DNA of 36,759 nt from Spirochaetia bacterium (GCA_963662265.2 CAXXHA010000040.1:1-36759); one strand, 5' to 3'; positions 19,485 to 28,972 are shown, counted from the first letter of the stretch. The notes: generated from the sequence alone by a model not told the origin. Made by a program: numbers and translations.

Positions 19485-19650
19485 TTATGGGCACCTTTAA
19501 AAATCAACTTTTTGAGGATTTTTTTCAGGCAGGAGGAGTGCTGGGGCTCTGGATATGCCTGTAAGGCACCTATACCCGAAGGGAGTTGGAATCTCTCTGT
19601 GATTTATTTCATAAAGTCCTGCATATCCCTCGCCTTTAGTGTGCCTTTTT
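19485..19650. repeat. MITE-like intergenic element, family A copy 2
   Basis: Left end TTATGGGCACCTTTAAAA and degenerate right end TTTAGTGTGCCT. The core AAGGCACCTATACCCGAAGGG...GGAATCT matches 9836-9864. Confidence 0.5.
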
Positions 19651-19738
19651 AGTTCGGCTGGTTTGTGGGTACTCACTCCTGATTCCCCACTCTGAATAAT
19701 ACTTTATACTGCTGCTGGCTGTCTCATATGTCGCAATC

Positions 19739-19757
19739 CTTTTACAGTTCTTTTACA
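19739..19757 (+). promoter_or_regulatory. Candidate OmpR-family binding site
   Basis: CTTTTACA occurs twice with an 11-bp period, between the two-component operon and the divergent NMO/FabK gene. Confidence 0.45.
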
Positions 19758-19905
19758 CTACAGAGCTTATCAAGTCATTACCAAAAAATAATATTGGTTC
19801 ATTATTAAACAGGAAAAATATTAGGAATGAAAACAACTTGTTTTATCTTTTCAGGCAGGGATTTTCTGGAAGGTAAAACTTAATAGAGTTATAGGAGCAG
19901 TAATT

Positions 19906-21021
19906 ATGAATTTTTATAATATTCCGGAGTTGGTTATTGGTGATCTCAGGGCTGAAAAGGCTGTAATACAGGGAGGCATGGGTGTCGGTGTCTCTCTTTC
20001 AGGACTTGCATCTGCTGTTGCTAATGCCGGGGGTATCGGTGTTCTTGCATCTGTCGAGATGGGAAGCATAGGGCAGAAAAGAGAGCAAAGCTCGAAAAAG
20101 GAAAATATAGAAGCAGTCAGGAGTGAGATAAGGAAAGCCAGAAAACTTACAAAGGGTGTTCTTGGAATAAATATCATGGCTGCTCTGACCCAGTTTGATG
20201 AAATGATTGAAACAGCAATAGAGGAAAAGATTGATATTATTTTCATGGGTGCCGGTCTTCCTGTGAAATTTTCAGAGTCTGTAACTGATGTCCTTAAAAA
20301 TGTTAAAAAATGCTCTACAAAATTTGCTGTAATTGTATCTTCTTTCAGAGCTGCCAGAATAATATTCAACTGCTGGAAAAAATCATTCAACCGTGTTCCT
20401 GACCTTGTTGTTGTTGAGGGACCGATGGCTGGAGGTCATCTGGGGTTCAAGGCGGAACAGATTGACGATCCTGATTATTCACTTGAAAAAATACTTCCCC
20501 CGGTGATTGAAGAAGTCAGAAAATATGAAGATTTTCACGGTTGCAGTATTCCTGTAATTGCTGCAGGCGGTATTTATTCAGGTGCTGATATCAGAAATAT
20601 TCTTGATCTCGGGGCATCAGGCGTTCAGATGGCAACCCGTTTTGTCGCAACTGATGAGTGCGATGCTGCCGATGAATTCAAAAATGCCTATGTAAACTGC
20701 AGGAAGGAAGATCTTGAAATAATTAAAAGCCCTGTGGGATTACCCGGACGGGCCCTGAGAAACAGTTTCCTTAAGGATGTTGCAGAAGGCCTTAAGAAAC
20801 CTTTTTCCTGCAAATGGCTGTGCCTCAAGACATGTGATTTCAAGAACACTCCCTACTGCATAGCAAAAGCCCTGCTTCAGGCACAGAAAGGGATACTGGA
20901 AGAAGGATTTGCGTTTGCAGGAGCGAATGCGTGGAAAGTTGACAGAATTGTACCTGTTGCTGAGCTTTTTCAAACACTTGAAAAAGAGTATTCATCAGCT
21001 GAAATTCCTGTCGCTGTCTGA
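19906..21021 (+). CDS. Nitronate monooxygenase / FabK-like FMN-dependent enoyl-ACP reductase family
   Basis: QGGMGVG, GAGLP, VEGP-AGGHLG, AAGGI, GVQMATRF and SPVGLPGRA motifs, plus a CxxxCxxxC...C cluster. Confidence 0.88.
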   Translation: MNFYNIPELVIGDLRAEKAVIQGGMGVGVSLSGLASAVANAGGIGVLASVEMGSIGQKREQSSKKENIEAVRSEIRKARKLTKGVLGINIMAALTQFDEMIETAIEEKIDIIFMGAGLPVKFSESVTDVLKNVKKCSTKFAVIVSSFRAARIIFNCWKKSFNRVPDLVVVEGPMAGGHLGFKAEQIDDPDYSLEKILPPVIEEVRKYEDFHGCSIPVIAAGGIYSGADIRNILDLGASGVQMATRFVATDECDAADEFKNAYVNCRKEDLEIIKSPVGLPGRALRNSFLKDVAEGLKKPFSCKWLCLKTCDFKNTPYCIAKALLQAQKGILEEGFAFAGANAWKVDRIVPVAELFQTLEKEYSSAEIPVAV

Positions 21022-21142
21022 TTTATACAGAACAGTACAGGTTTGATTTAACAATTCCCCTTTTTATCATCTGTTTCCGGATGTGGTGCAGAAATCCATA
21101 ATATGATATAGTACCGCTAAATAAAAAGGGGAAAATATCTTT

Positions 21143-21583
21143 ATGAAAATGTTTGGTGCGCTTCTTTTTGCATTTATAGCAGCAACAGGGAATGCTGTGT
21201 TTGTTTACGGGCAGAAAAAAAGCAGCGGGGTTGAAAACCCGTTTGTGTTTATTGTTCTGACAGTTTCTGTCTGTCTTGTAATAACACTTACAGCTGTACC
21301 TTTCTGGGGAAAGGCAGACTTCAGGGGAATATTTAAAGCTAATTATCTGCCTGTCCTGATAAGCGGACTGGGACTCTTCATCACATATATAGGTTTCAAC
21401 CTGCTTTACTCCCGCTATGGAGCTGCACATTATATTCTCTATGCAGTGGTTTCAATTCTTACAACTTCTATTTTTGTCGGAATATTTTTATTCAGAGAAA
21501 ATTTCAATATCTACCATATGTTTTCTGTTATTGCAGCAATAACAACCATCGGATTATTCACACTTGGACAGGTGAAAGGATGA
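21143..21583 (+). CDS. Small DMT/EamA-like membrane protein
   Basis: 146 aa with about five hydrophobic helices and an F-E motif before the last helix. Confidence 0.6.
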   Translation: MKMFGALLFAFIAATGNAVFVYGQKKSSGVENPFVFIVLTVSVCLVITLTAVPFWGKADFRGIFKANYLPVLISGLGLFITYIGFNLLYSRYGAAHYILYAVVSILTTSIFVGIFLFRENFNIYHMFSVIAAITTIGLFTLGQVKG

Positions 21584-22224
21584 GCCGTATAAATCCTGAA
21601 GAAACAATCTTTTCCGTACTTGATATTGAGTCAACAGGCCTATCTCCCAGGCAGGGTGACAGGGTAATAGAAATTGGGGTTGCAAAGATTGATATCAACG
21701 GAAATAAGGTAGATACATTTGAGACTCTGATTAATCCTGACCGGAAAGTTTCAGCAAGCAGGATACACGGGATAACAGACAGCATGGTCCGCCATGCGCC
21801 CTGTTTCTGTGATATTGCTGATGAGCTTCTGATGTTTATCAACAATACAGTTATTGTAGCTCATAATGCAGGTTTTGATATGAGTTTTCTCAAATGGGAA
21901 TTCAGTAATTCAGGCTATGATGTTGCAGATATACCCAGGCTCTGCACCCTTATAATGTCTAGAAAACTTCTATCATCGCTTCCTTCCAAAAAACTGGGAA
22001 GCCTGTGTGAACATTTCGGCATTGATTCTGGCCTTGCCCACTCAGCCCTTGCAGATGCAACTGCAACAGCAGAGCTTTTTACAATTCTGATGAACAGGTA
22101 TAACTACAGGAATAATAAAAATGTCAGGCAGCTGAAACTGGTTGATTTCAGCAAGGTATATGAGCTGAAAAATACTGCTCCTGATAAATATGTCAGAAGA
22201 TCTGATACAGTAAGCTGTCTTTAG
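21580..22224 (+). CDS. DEDDh 3'-5' exonuclease (DnaQ/Pol III epsilon-like)
   Basis: LDIESTG, IEIG, IHGIT, AHNAGFD and HSALADA motifs. ATGA overlap with the upstream gene. Confidence 0.92.
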   Translation: MSRINPEETIFSVLDIESTGLSPRQGDRVIEIGVAKIDINGNKVDTFETLINPDRKVSASRIHGITDSMVRHAPCFCDIADELLMFINNTVIVAHNAGFDMSFLKWEFSNSGYDVADIPRLCTLIMSRKLLSSLPSKKLGSLCEHFGIDSGLAHSALADATATAELFTILMNRYNYRNNKNVRQLKLVDFSKVYELKNTAPDKYVRRSDTVSCL

Positions 22225-22312
22225 CTTCTGTATCAGGCTTTGTATTATTCAGTAATTACAAAATTATTAATAACTTCTTAGAGAAATTTTCAAATCTCAG
22301 GTAAGCAGGTAT

Positions 22313-22342
22313 AAAAAAAGAGTGCCCTGAACAGGACACTCT
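22313..22342 (-). terminator. Intrinsic terminator of ilvE
   Basis: AGAGTGTCCTG-TT-CAGGGCACTCT stem-loop followed by a T run on the minus strand. Confidence 0.85.
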
Positions 22343-22369
22343 CCATATATTAAAGCTTTTAAAGCTGGT

Positions 22370-23458
22370 CTAGCATTCAACCATCCAGCCGTACTTGTCT
22401 TCAACTTTTCCGTACTGTATTCCTTTAAGCTGGTGAAGAAGCTCTGTTGCGAGATCTCCCATTTTTCCGCCGTTGAATACAGCGCTTTTACCTTCATGGT
22501 CAATTGAACCAAGATATGTGATTCCTGCCGCAGTACCTGAAACAAACATTTCCTGTGATTCAGCCATTGCTTCTTCGATGGAAATTCTTCTTTCCTCAGT
22601 TTTTACACCCATGTCCTGTGCAAGCTTGAGAACTGATTTTCTTGTAATACCTGGAAGTATTGTGTCTCCGAGGTTTGGAGTAACAAGAGTACCATCCTTG
22701 AGGTAACAGAAAATATTTGATGAAGAGCCTTCTTCAAGATATTTCTTTTCAATTGCATCGAGGAACACTGCTTCCATGTATCCTTCTTCCATTACTTCAT
22801 GTTTAGCAAGAGCAGATATTACATAGTTGGATGCTGTTTTCAAACATCCTGTTCCGTACTGGTTGGCTCTTACCCTTTTTGTAGTTGATGCTTTTGAACT
22901 TCCTGCTGCAAAGTATGAGCCTACAGGTGTTGCAACTGTAACAACCCATGGATTCTTTGAGATATTTACGCCGATTCCAGGTTCTGTATAAGTAAATGGC
23001 CTTATATAGATTGCTTCTGCGCTGAGGAAGTTGTCTTTTTCCCATTCCGGATTATAAACAGGCGCAAAACCGAGTTCCCTGTTTTTTGCAATAACTGTCT
23101 TTGATGATTCAACGAAATTTTCAACAGGAAATCCAGGCATATAGAGCCCTGTCATTGAGCTGTTGAATCTTTTTCCGTTTTCATCCGGTCTGAATATTTT
23201 AAGAGAACCGTCAGGCTGCGGATAAGCTTTAAGTCCTTCAAAGCATCCCATTGCATACTGGCTTGTGTAGTTGATAATAGGCAGGCCCTTGAAAGTATTT
23301 CTTTCCGCCATGAGTTTGTTGAGTTCTGCTTCCGGCATTGAAGCTTCTTCTTCAGGTGTTTTGTGAGGCTGTTCAACATACTCTTCTGACCACTTTGAGT
23401 CTTCATATTTTGCAAGATAGACCCAGGGATACATTGTAAGTGAAAATCCTTTTGCCAT
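22370..23458 (-). CDS. ilvE: Branched-chain amino acid aminotransferase (class IV PLP enzyme)
   Basis: FEGLKAY, IFRP, YIRP, K...NY, EGSSSN, LPGITR and GTAA motifs. Confidence 0.9.
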   Translation of the reverse strand: MAKGFSLTMYPWVYLAKYEDSKWSEEYVEQPHKTPEEEASMPEAELNKLMAERNTFKGLPIINYTSQYAMGCFEGLKAYPQPDGSLKIFRPDENGKRFNSSMTGLYMPGFPVENFVESSKTVIAKNRELGFAPVYNPEWEKDNFLSAEAIYIRPFTYTEPGIGVNISKNPWVVTVATPVGSYFAAGSSKASTTKRVRANQYGTGCLKTASNYVISALAKHEVMEEGYMEAVFLDAIEKKYLEEGSSSNIFCYLKDGTLVTPNLGDTILPGITRKSVLKLAQDMGVKTEERRISIEEAMAESQEMFVSGTAAGITYLGSIDHEGKSAVFNGGKMGDLATELLHQLKGIQYGKVEDKYGWMVEC

Positions 23459-23566
23459 AGTTGTTCTCCTTCTTTTTATATAAATGTATTAACATATTAA
23501 GATCTGAAAAAAATCAGTTTTTTTATGTTGCTGATAAAAATAAAAGAATTGCGGAAAAAAGCAGTA

Positions 23567-23651
23567 TTTACATAAATATTCAAATATTATGCATAAAAAA
23601 CTTATTTCCTGTTCTTTTCATGATTTTAAATTAGAAAAAAATTCAGGTCAA
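23567..23651 (-). promoter_or_regulatory. ilvE promoter followed by a tandem ARG-box-like operator
   Basis: TTGACC-N17-TAAAAT (23651-23623, minus strand). Two 18-mers, TTTACATAAATATTCAAA and TATGCATAAAAAACTTAT, are separated by 3 bp. Confidence 0.5.
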
Positions 23652-23707
23652 TAGGAGCGGTGAATTTGTTATTGAACGGTATAAAAATATACTGTATATA
23701 TTAGATT

Positions 23708-24784
23708 ATGATTGATAATATTCTTATTCTTGCAGGGGGATCGGGAACCAGGCTGTGGCCTGCATCACTGAATGATTCTCCCAAGCAGTTTATAAAGGTG
23801 AAAAACGGAAAATCTCTTCTCGAACTGACTGTTGAGAGGGGACTTAAACTTGGAATAAAGGGGAAAATAATTATCATCACTCTGGAAAGCCAGCTTGAAG
23901 AGGTAATTAAAGAGTGTTCCCCCTTCTATGATACGGGAAAAGTAGCAGTTCTTCCTGAACCTGCTGCCAGAAATACCGCGCCTGCAATTGCAGCTGCATT
24001 AACCTATCTCAGACTTAACGGTGAAAGCGGCAGTACTTCTCTTGTGCTTCCCGCGGATCATATGATAGAAAATTTCGATAAATTCAGCGAGAATGTAGCA
24101 AGTGCCGATGTTCTCGCGCGGAAAGGATATCTTGTAACGTTCGGTATACCTCCGCAGTATCCCGAAACTGGTTACGGATATATTGAACGGGGTGAAAGTG
24201 AAGATCCGGGATTTCGGGTTGCCTCTTTCAGGGAAAAGCCTGATTATGATACAGCTGTTAAATTTCTTGATGAGGGAAACTATTACTGGAATTCCGGCAT
24301 GTTTGCTTTTTCAACTGAAACATTTCTGAATGAGCTTGCTGCATATTCCCCTTCCATATCTTCTTTATTTGAAAAGCTTACTGATATACCATCACCGCTT
24401 CATGAAAGAGGTGTCGATATTGTCATGAGCGGAGGTGAAATTTCAGAGATTTACAAAAGCTCTCCGAAAGATTCAATCGACTATGCTGTCATGGAAAAAA
24501 GCACAAAATGCGCCATGGTAAAGGCTGATTTTCAGTGGAATGATATAGGAAGCTGGGACCAGTTTGAAACTATAATGAAGAATCTGGGAAAAGCTGAAAA
24601 ATTCGAAGTAGATGCAGAGGATAATATTGTATTTTCAGATATTCCTGTTGCTCTATGCGATGTGAAGGATCTTATTGTTGTGATAAAAAACGGCAAGGCT
24701 CTTATCTGCAGAAAAGGATCATCACAGAAAGTTAAGGAAATCAGGACAGTTATCGAATCCAATGACAGGAAAGACCTTCTCTGA
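23708..24784 (+). CDS. manC: Mannose-1-phosphate guanylyltransferase
   Basis: ILAGGSGTRLWP-S...PKQF, EP-ARNTAPA, PADH, TGYGYI, F-EKP, WNSGMF, SIDYAVME and W-D-GSW motifs. Confidence 0.94.
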   Translation: MIDNILILAGGSGTRLWPASLNDSPKQFIKVKNGKSLLELTVERGLKLGIKGKIIIITLESQLEEVIKECSPFYDTGKVAVLPEPAARNTAPAIAAALTYLRLNGESGSTSLVLPADHMIENFDKFSENVASADVLARKGYLVTFGIPPQYPETGYGYIERGESEDPGFRVASFREKPDYDTAVKFLDEGNYYWNSGMFAFSTETFLNELAAYSPSISSLFEKLTDIPSPLHERGVDIVMSGGEISEIYKSSPKDSIDYAVMEKSTKCAMVKADFQWNDIGSWDQFETIMKNLGKAEKFEVDAEDNIVFSDIPVALCDVKDLIVVIKNGKALICRKGSSQKVKEIRTVIESNDRKDLL

Positions 24785-24815
24785 TCATAGCGTATTGAAT
24801 TGATTAAAGTTATGC

Positions 24816-24851
24816 AAAAGCCTCTGAAGCTGTGTTCAGAGGCTTTATTTT
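24816..24851. terminator. Bidirectional intrinsic terminator between convergent genes
   Basis: AAAGCCTCTGAA/TTCAGAGGCTTT stem flanked by A and T tracts. Confidence 0.8.
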
Positions 24852-24894
24852 GTTAAATAAGTATTTCTTAAAAAGGTTTCTTTATTCTGAAAAG

Positions 24895-25841
24895 CTAAAG
24901 GTTTTCAATTTCCTTTTTTAAATTTTCAATTATCTCGAGTGCAAAATTCCTGCTCAGTTCTCTTGCCCCATGTTCTGAAAGCGCCATGTTGAAGTATTTT
25001 TTCTTTTCCTCTACCACCATGCCTGAAAGCTCTGATTTTTTTGAATCAGCTGCAATTATAATATCCCTTATCTGAAACCTTTCCTTTTTTGCGTATTCCA
25101 GTGTTGATTTTAACTCGGCAATTTCCTCTCCCTGTTTTTTCAGGATTTCAGAAACTATTGTAAGGTCATGAAGTTCCAGTGGATTTGTCGGCTTGTGAGA
25201 AGGAACTCCTTCTTTTTCCTTCAGAAACTGGTTGTAACTGTTTATCAGGGAGCCCAGGATCGTATTGATGTTTTTTGAATAGTTTGCCTTGAAATTCTCA
25301 AGCTTATCTTTCGGTATATTGTTGATAAGCTTTTTCATGGAATCATTTTCTGTTCTGTATTTGTTTATCTGTATAAGTATGTTCTGAATATTCTTGTCTG
25401 ATCTTATACCGGGATTTTTTAAAAGAAGTTCCTGGACCTCTTTTATAATGTTGCCGATATCGGAGATGCTCACCTTTGGAGATTCCGGATCCTCTTCCTC
25501 TCCGGTTTTTCAGTTCTGTGTTTCAGTTTTACTGTGTTTTTTGATATCAGCCTCTGAAGAAGTATTATATATGTAAGTGATTTAAGAGCTCTGACAGCTT
25601 CTTCCAGCCTGTTAAGCGAAGCTGTATCATATTTGAGAGATTCTGTTATGTTGAATACGGAATTTATTATATTATTCTTGTATTCTATTATTCCTTCTTC
25701 AACCGCAGAATAGAGTTCACTGACTGCAGATTCAAGTTCCTGTGCAGAGAAATCAAAAAAATCAAACATTTCAACCGGATGTTCCATGACAGATTTGAGG
25801 TCAAACCAGTATCCGGTAATTTCTTTCTGAAGATTGTCCAT
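24895..25841 (-). pseudogene. Hypothetical helical protein, apparently one gene split by a 1-nt frameshift (ORFs 25470-25841 and 24895-25473)
   Basis: The downstream frame is already open from the A5 run at 25510-25506 (KTGEEEDPESPKVSISD). One extra A there fuses both ORFs. Two coupled genes with a GTGA overlap remain possible. Confidence 0.55.
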
Positions 25842-25884
25842 ATCTATTACGAATTTACGTGGTTGTTAAAAAAAAATCAATTCA

Positions 25885-25956
25885 TTAATTATTTATTTGT
25901 AACTTAATCCAATATGAGATGTTTATCATTATGAAAGATGCAAAAGTCTTTTTCAT
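25885..25956 (-). CDS. Candidate 23-aa small protein MKKTFASFIMINISYWIKLQINN
   Basis: Perfect SD AAAGGAGGT immediately upstream of the ATG; hand translated. Confidence 0.4.
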   Translation of the reverse strand: MKKTFASFIMINISYWIKLQINN

Positions 25957-25975
25957 AATACCTCCTTTAATTATG

Positions 25976-26015
25976 ATCCCCCGGTTTTCCTCCTTTTGCC
26001 CGGGGGATTCTTTTT
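25976..26015 (+). terminator. GC-rich hairpin with a T tract on the + strand
   Basis: ATCCCCCGG/CCGGGGGAT 9-bp stem followed by TCTTTTT. The loop contains CCTCC. Confidence 0.5.
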
Positions 26016-26043
26016 GCCCTTTCAGCAAGTCTAAATCATATTT

Positions 26044-27642
26044 TTATTCGGCTTTTTCAATCTGCTTCAAAATCTCAGAATAACTGTTCAGAACAGGGGT
26101 GTCTGATGAATCGGAAAGAGCCTTGTTTGCCAGAACTTTACCCAGCTGTACCCCTTCCTGGTCAAATGAATTGATATTCCACAGAAATCCCTGAAACATT
26201 GTCCTGTTTTCGTAAAATGCGAGAAGAGAACCCAGTACTTCGGGGGTTAGCCTGTCTGCTGCAAGCAGAAGGGAAGGTCTTGATCCTGAAAAGTTTTTGT
26301 TCCTGTTTTCATTCTCCTGTCCGAGTGCAAAAGCTGTAATCTGAGCCGCAAGATTTGCATTCAGCTTTTTCTGGCTGCTTGAGCCTTTTGTCTCTATATC
26401 TGTGAGATACTGTGATTTCCTGAACCCTATGAATTCAACAGGTACAACATCTGTTCCCTGGTGAAGCTGCTGGTAGAATGAATGCTGCCCGTTTGTTCCC
26501 GGCTCGCCGAAATAGACTGCGCTTGTGCTGTAGGTAAGAGGCGAGTTTTCCACATTTACCGATTTCCCGTTGCTTTCCATTATCAGCTGCTGAAGGTGTG
26601 CCGGAAAACGGGATAATCCCTGGGAGTAGGGGAGTATGGCTGTTACAGGGTAGCCGGATATATTTCTTTCATAGATGCTTATCAGCGCTGAGAGTAGTGA
26701 TGCGTTTCTTATGATATCAACTTCAAGGGCATTCAGGTCTGCCTCATGCGCTCCGTCAAGAAGCCGCTGGAAAATATCCTTTCCGAAGGAGAGAGAAAGA
26801 ATAACTCCTCCAACCGCGCTTGTTGATGAATATCTTCCCCCGATAAAGTCATCTATGAAAAATGAATCAAGAAAGTCATCTGAACCGGCCAGTGGGCTGG
26901 TTTCTGATGTAACAGCTATCATGTGTCTGGAAAGATCTGCTTCAGGTGATTTTTCTGAAGCTGTTTTCAGTACAATTTCCCTGTTTGTAAGAGTTTCCTG
27001 GGTTGTTCCGCTCTTAGAAACAAGGACAAAGAGGGTTGTTTCAGGATCAATCCTTTCACATACTTCAGCTGCATCATCCGGGTCTACATTTGATATAAAC
27101 TCACCCTTTAAAAGTGGTTTTCTTCCTTCAGAAGACATATAGCCTTTAAGTGCAAGGTACAGCGCCCTTGGCCCGAGGTCCGAGCCCCCGATTCCGATCT
27201 GTACAACTGTGTCGAATTTCTTTCCTGTTGATCCTTTTATCTCTCCTGAATGCACCTTGTCGGCAAAGCTGTAAAATCTTTCCTTCTGTTTTTCATAATT
27301 CTTTTTTATATCTTCTGCCTGTTTTGATTTTACTACGCCGAAATCCCCTCTCGTATAATGGTGCATGACAAGCCTGTTTTCTCCCCGGTTCATTATTTCC
27401 CCGGCAAGAATAGATCTGTATTTCTCAACTGCCTGAACCTCATCGGAAAGTTCCTGCATGACTGTCAGGACTTTGCTGTCAAGTTCCTTTGCCCCGTAAT
27501 ACATATCAAGACTGCTTCCGCAGTGTACTTTATCTGATTTTATTCTTTCCGGTTCAAGAAGCTCTTTTATATCGGGTTTATCAGCCTGGATAAGTTTTTT
27601 GAATGCTTCAGTCTTATCAAGATTTATATAATTAATTGCCAT
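26044..27642 (-). CDS. pgi: Glucose-6-phosphate isomerase
   Basis: IGIGGSDLG, SKSGTTQET, GGRYS, QQL-MESNGK, GTNGQHSFYQ and FDQ-GVQLGK motifs. Start placed at the ATG at 27642 after GGAGG. Confidence 0.96.
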   Translation of the reverse strand: MAINYINLDKTEAFKKLIQADKPDIKELLEPERIKSDKVHCGSSLDMYYGAKELDSKVLTVMQELSDEVQAVEKYRSILAGEIMNRGENRLVMHHYTRGDFGVVKSKQAEDIKKNYEKQKERFYSFADKVHSGEIKGSTGKKFDTVVQIGIGGSDLGPRALYLALKGYMSSEGRKPLLKGEFISNVDPDDAAEVCERIDPETTLFVLVSKSGTTQETLTNREIVLKTASEKSPEADLSRHMIAVTSETSPLAGSDDFLDSFFIDDFIGGRYSSTSAVGGVILSLSFGKDIFQRLLDGAHEADLNALEVDIIRNASLLSALISIYERNISGYPVTAILPYSQGLSRFPAHLQQLIMESNGKSVNVENSPLTYSTSAVYFGEPGTNGQHSFYQQLHQGTDVVPVEFIGFRKSQYLTDIETKGSSSQKKLNANLAAQITAFALGQENENRNKNFSGSRPSLLLAADRLTPEVLGSLLAFYENRTMFQGFLWNINSFDQEGVQLGKVLANKALSDSSDTPVLNSYSEILKQIEKAE

Positions 27643-27784
27643 ACTTTTTCCTCCGTTTAACAATTATATATGATATTTATTTTCAGTTGATGTTTTTTTC
27701 TGTATAAAAGATGTGATTTTTGCTTCAAGGCATGATTTTGTGTTCAGTATATTTAAAGTCTATCTGCTGATTTTTCGGTTAGTT

Positions 27785-28966
27785 TTAACAGACTATGCAG
27801 TTTCTGCCCGATTCTTTTGCACTGTATAGTTTCTGATCCGCCCTTGCAATTATCCTGTCATAATCCTCATCATGCTTGCTGCTTTCTGAAATACCGAAAC
27901 TCATAGTAAATGATACAGTCTCCTCATTGTATTTTATTCTGAGAGCTTCTATTTCTGACCTTATTCTTTCCACTGAATCAGCTGCCTGTTCTGTACTGCA
28001 GTTGAGCATCAGTATTATAAACTCTTCTCCTCCCCACCTTGCAAGTGTATCCTGTTTACGTATGCAGCTTGATATGGTTTCAGCCACTTTTTTTATTACA
28101 ATATCACCGCATTCATGGCCATGTGTGTCATTGACTTTCTTGAAAAAATCTATATCGCATAATGTTATTGTAAACCCTGTATTTCTCCTTTTATTCTGAA
28201 GGAATTCATATCTGATTACTTTTCCGAATCCCCTCCTGTTGTATATCTGTGTCATGGAATCTGTAACACTCTGGAGTTCCAGCTGTTCGAGAAGTTCTTC
28301 CTTTTCATTTATAATGACTTTGAAATCCATCCTGAGCTTATGCATTATTGCAAGGTAGATTGCAAGCATAAGAAGGCTTATCTGAACAGGGATTGAAAGC
28401 CCTTCTATAATCTGAAGTTCTCTGTAGGCTGTGAGTGTTCTTTTCTGTATTATATCAGTTGCAAGGGGGAGAATCCTCATTACAAGTGCTGTTATATTCA
28501 GGGCCAGGATAGTTTTTGAAGAATAATTATGTTTATTCCTGTATTTTCTGTAAAGATATGCAATAAGGCTTATGAGGATAAATATATTTGCAGAATCAAT
28601 TACCATTCCGGAACTGAATGTTGTGAAAAAATTGATGATTGATATAGCTGAAAAAATCAGAATTACTGTCAGGTAGAAGCTTGTGTTTATTTTATCATTG
28701 TAAAAATATCTCCATCCCCTGTAAAGCATCATGTTGCTGATCAGGTATATAAAAGATATGAAGTAGATTGAAATGTTACTGAGATTATTAATATTATACA
28801 TTATATGAAAAAAGATAAGCATGGGAAGGAGGAAAGCTCCTGTCCAGAAACCTGTTCCCCTGTAGGTTTCCGGTGTCATCAGACGTATCAGGTTAAGAAG
28901 AATGCTGAAGAATAGAAGAATGAATGAAGTAAACAGCAGAAATGTAATTTGTTCAATCTGGTACAT
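27785..28966 (-). CDS. Membrane-bound diguanylate cyclase (GGEEF)
   Basis: Multi-TM N-terminus followed by D-MT-IYNRR, DIDFFK-VND-HGH-GD, RWGGEEF and AD-KLY-AK-GRN. An RxxD (RKQD) I-site precedes GGEEF. Confidence 0.93.
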   Translation of the reverse strand: MYQIEQITFLLFTSFILLFFSILLNLIRLMTPETYRGTGFWTGAFLLPMLIFFHIMYNINNLSNISIYFISFIYLISNMMLYRGWRYFYNDKINTSFYLTVILIFSAISIINFFTTFSSGMVIDSANIFILISLIAYLYRKYRNKHNYSSKTILALNITALVMRILPLATDIIQKRTLTAYRELQIIEGLSIPVQISLLMLAIYLAIMHKLRMDFKVIINEKEELLEQLELQSVTDSMTQIYNRRGFGKVIRYEFLQNKRRNTGFTITLCDIDFFKKVNDTHGHECGDIVIKKVAETISSCIRKQDTLARWGGEEFIILMLNCSTEQAADSVERIRSEIEALRIKYNEETVSFTMSFGISESSKHDEDYDRIIARADQKLYSAKESGRNCIVC

Positions 28967-28972
28967 ATTTAA

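Noticed and set aside
21143-22224. Membrane protein plus exonuclease as an anti-phage pair
   Set aside because: Both look like ordinary DMT and DnaQ-like proteins, with no defence-island or mobile context. The ATGA overlap alone is insufficient.
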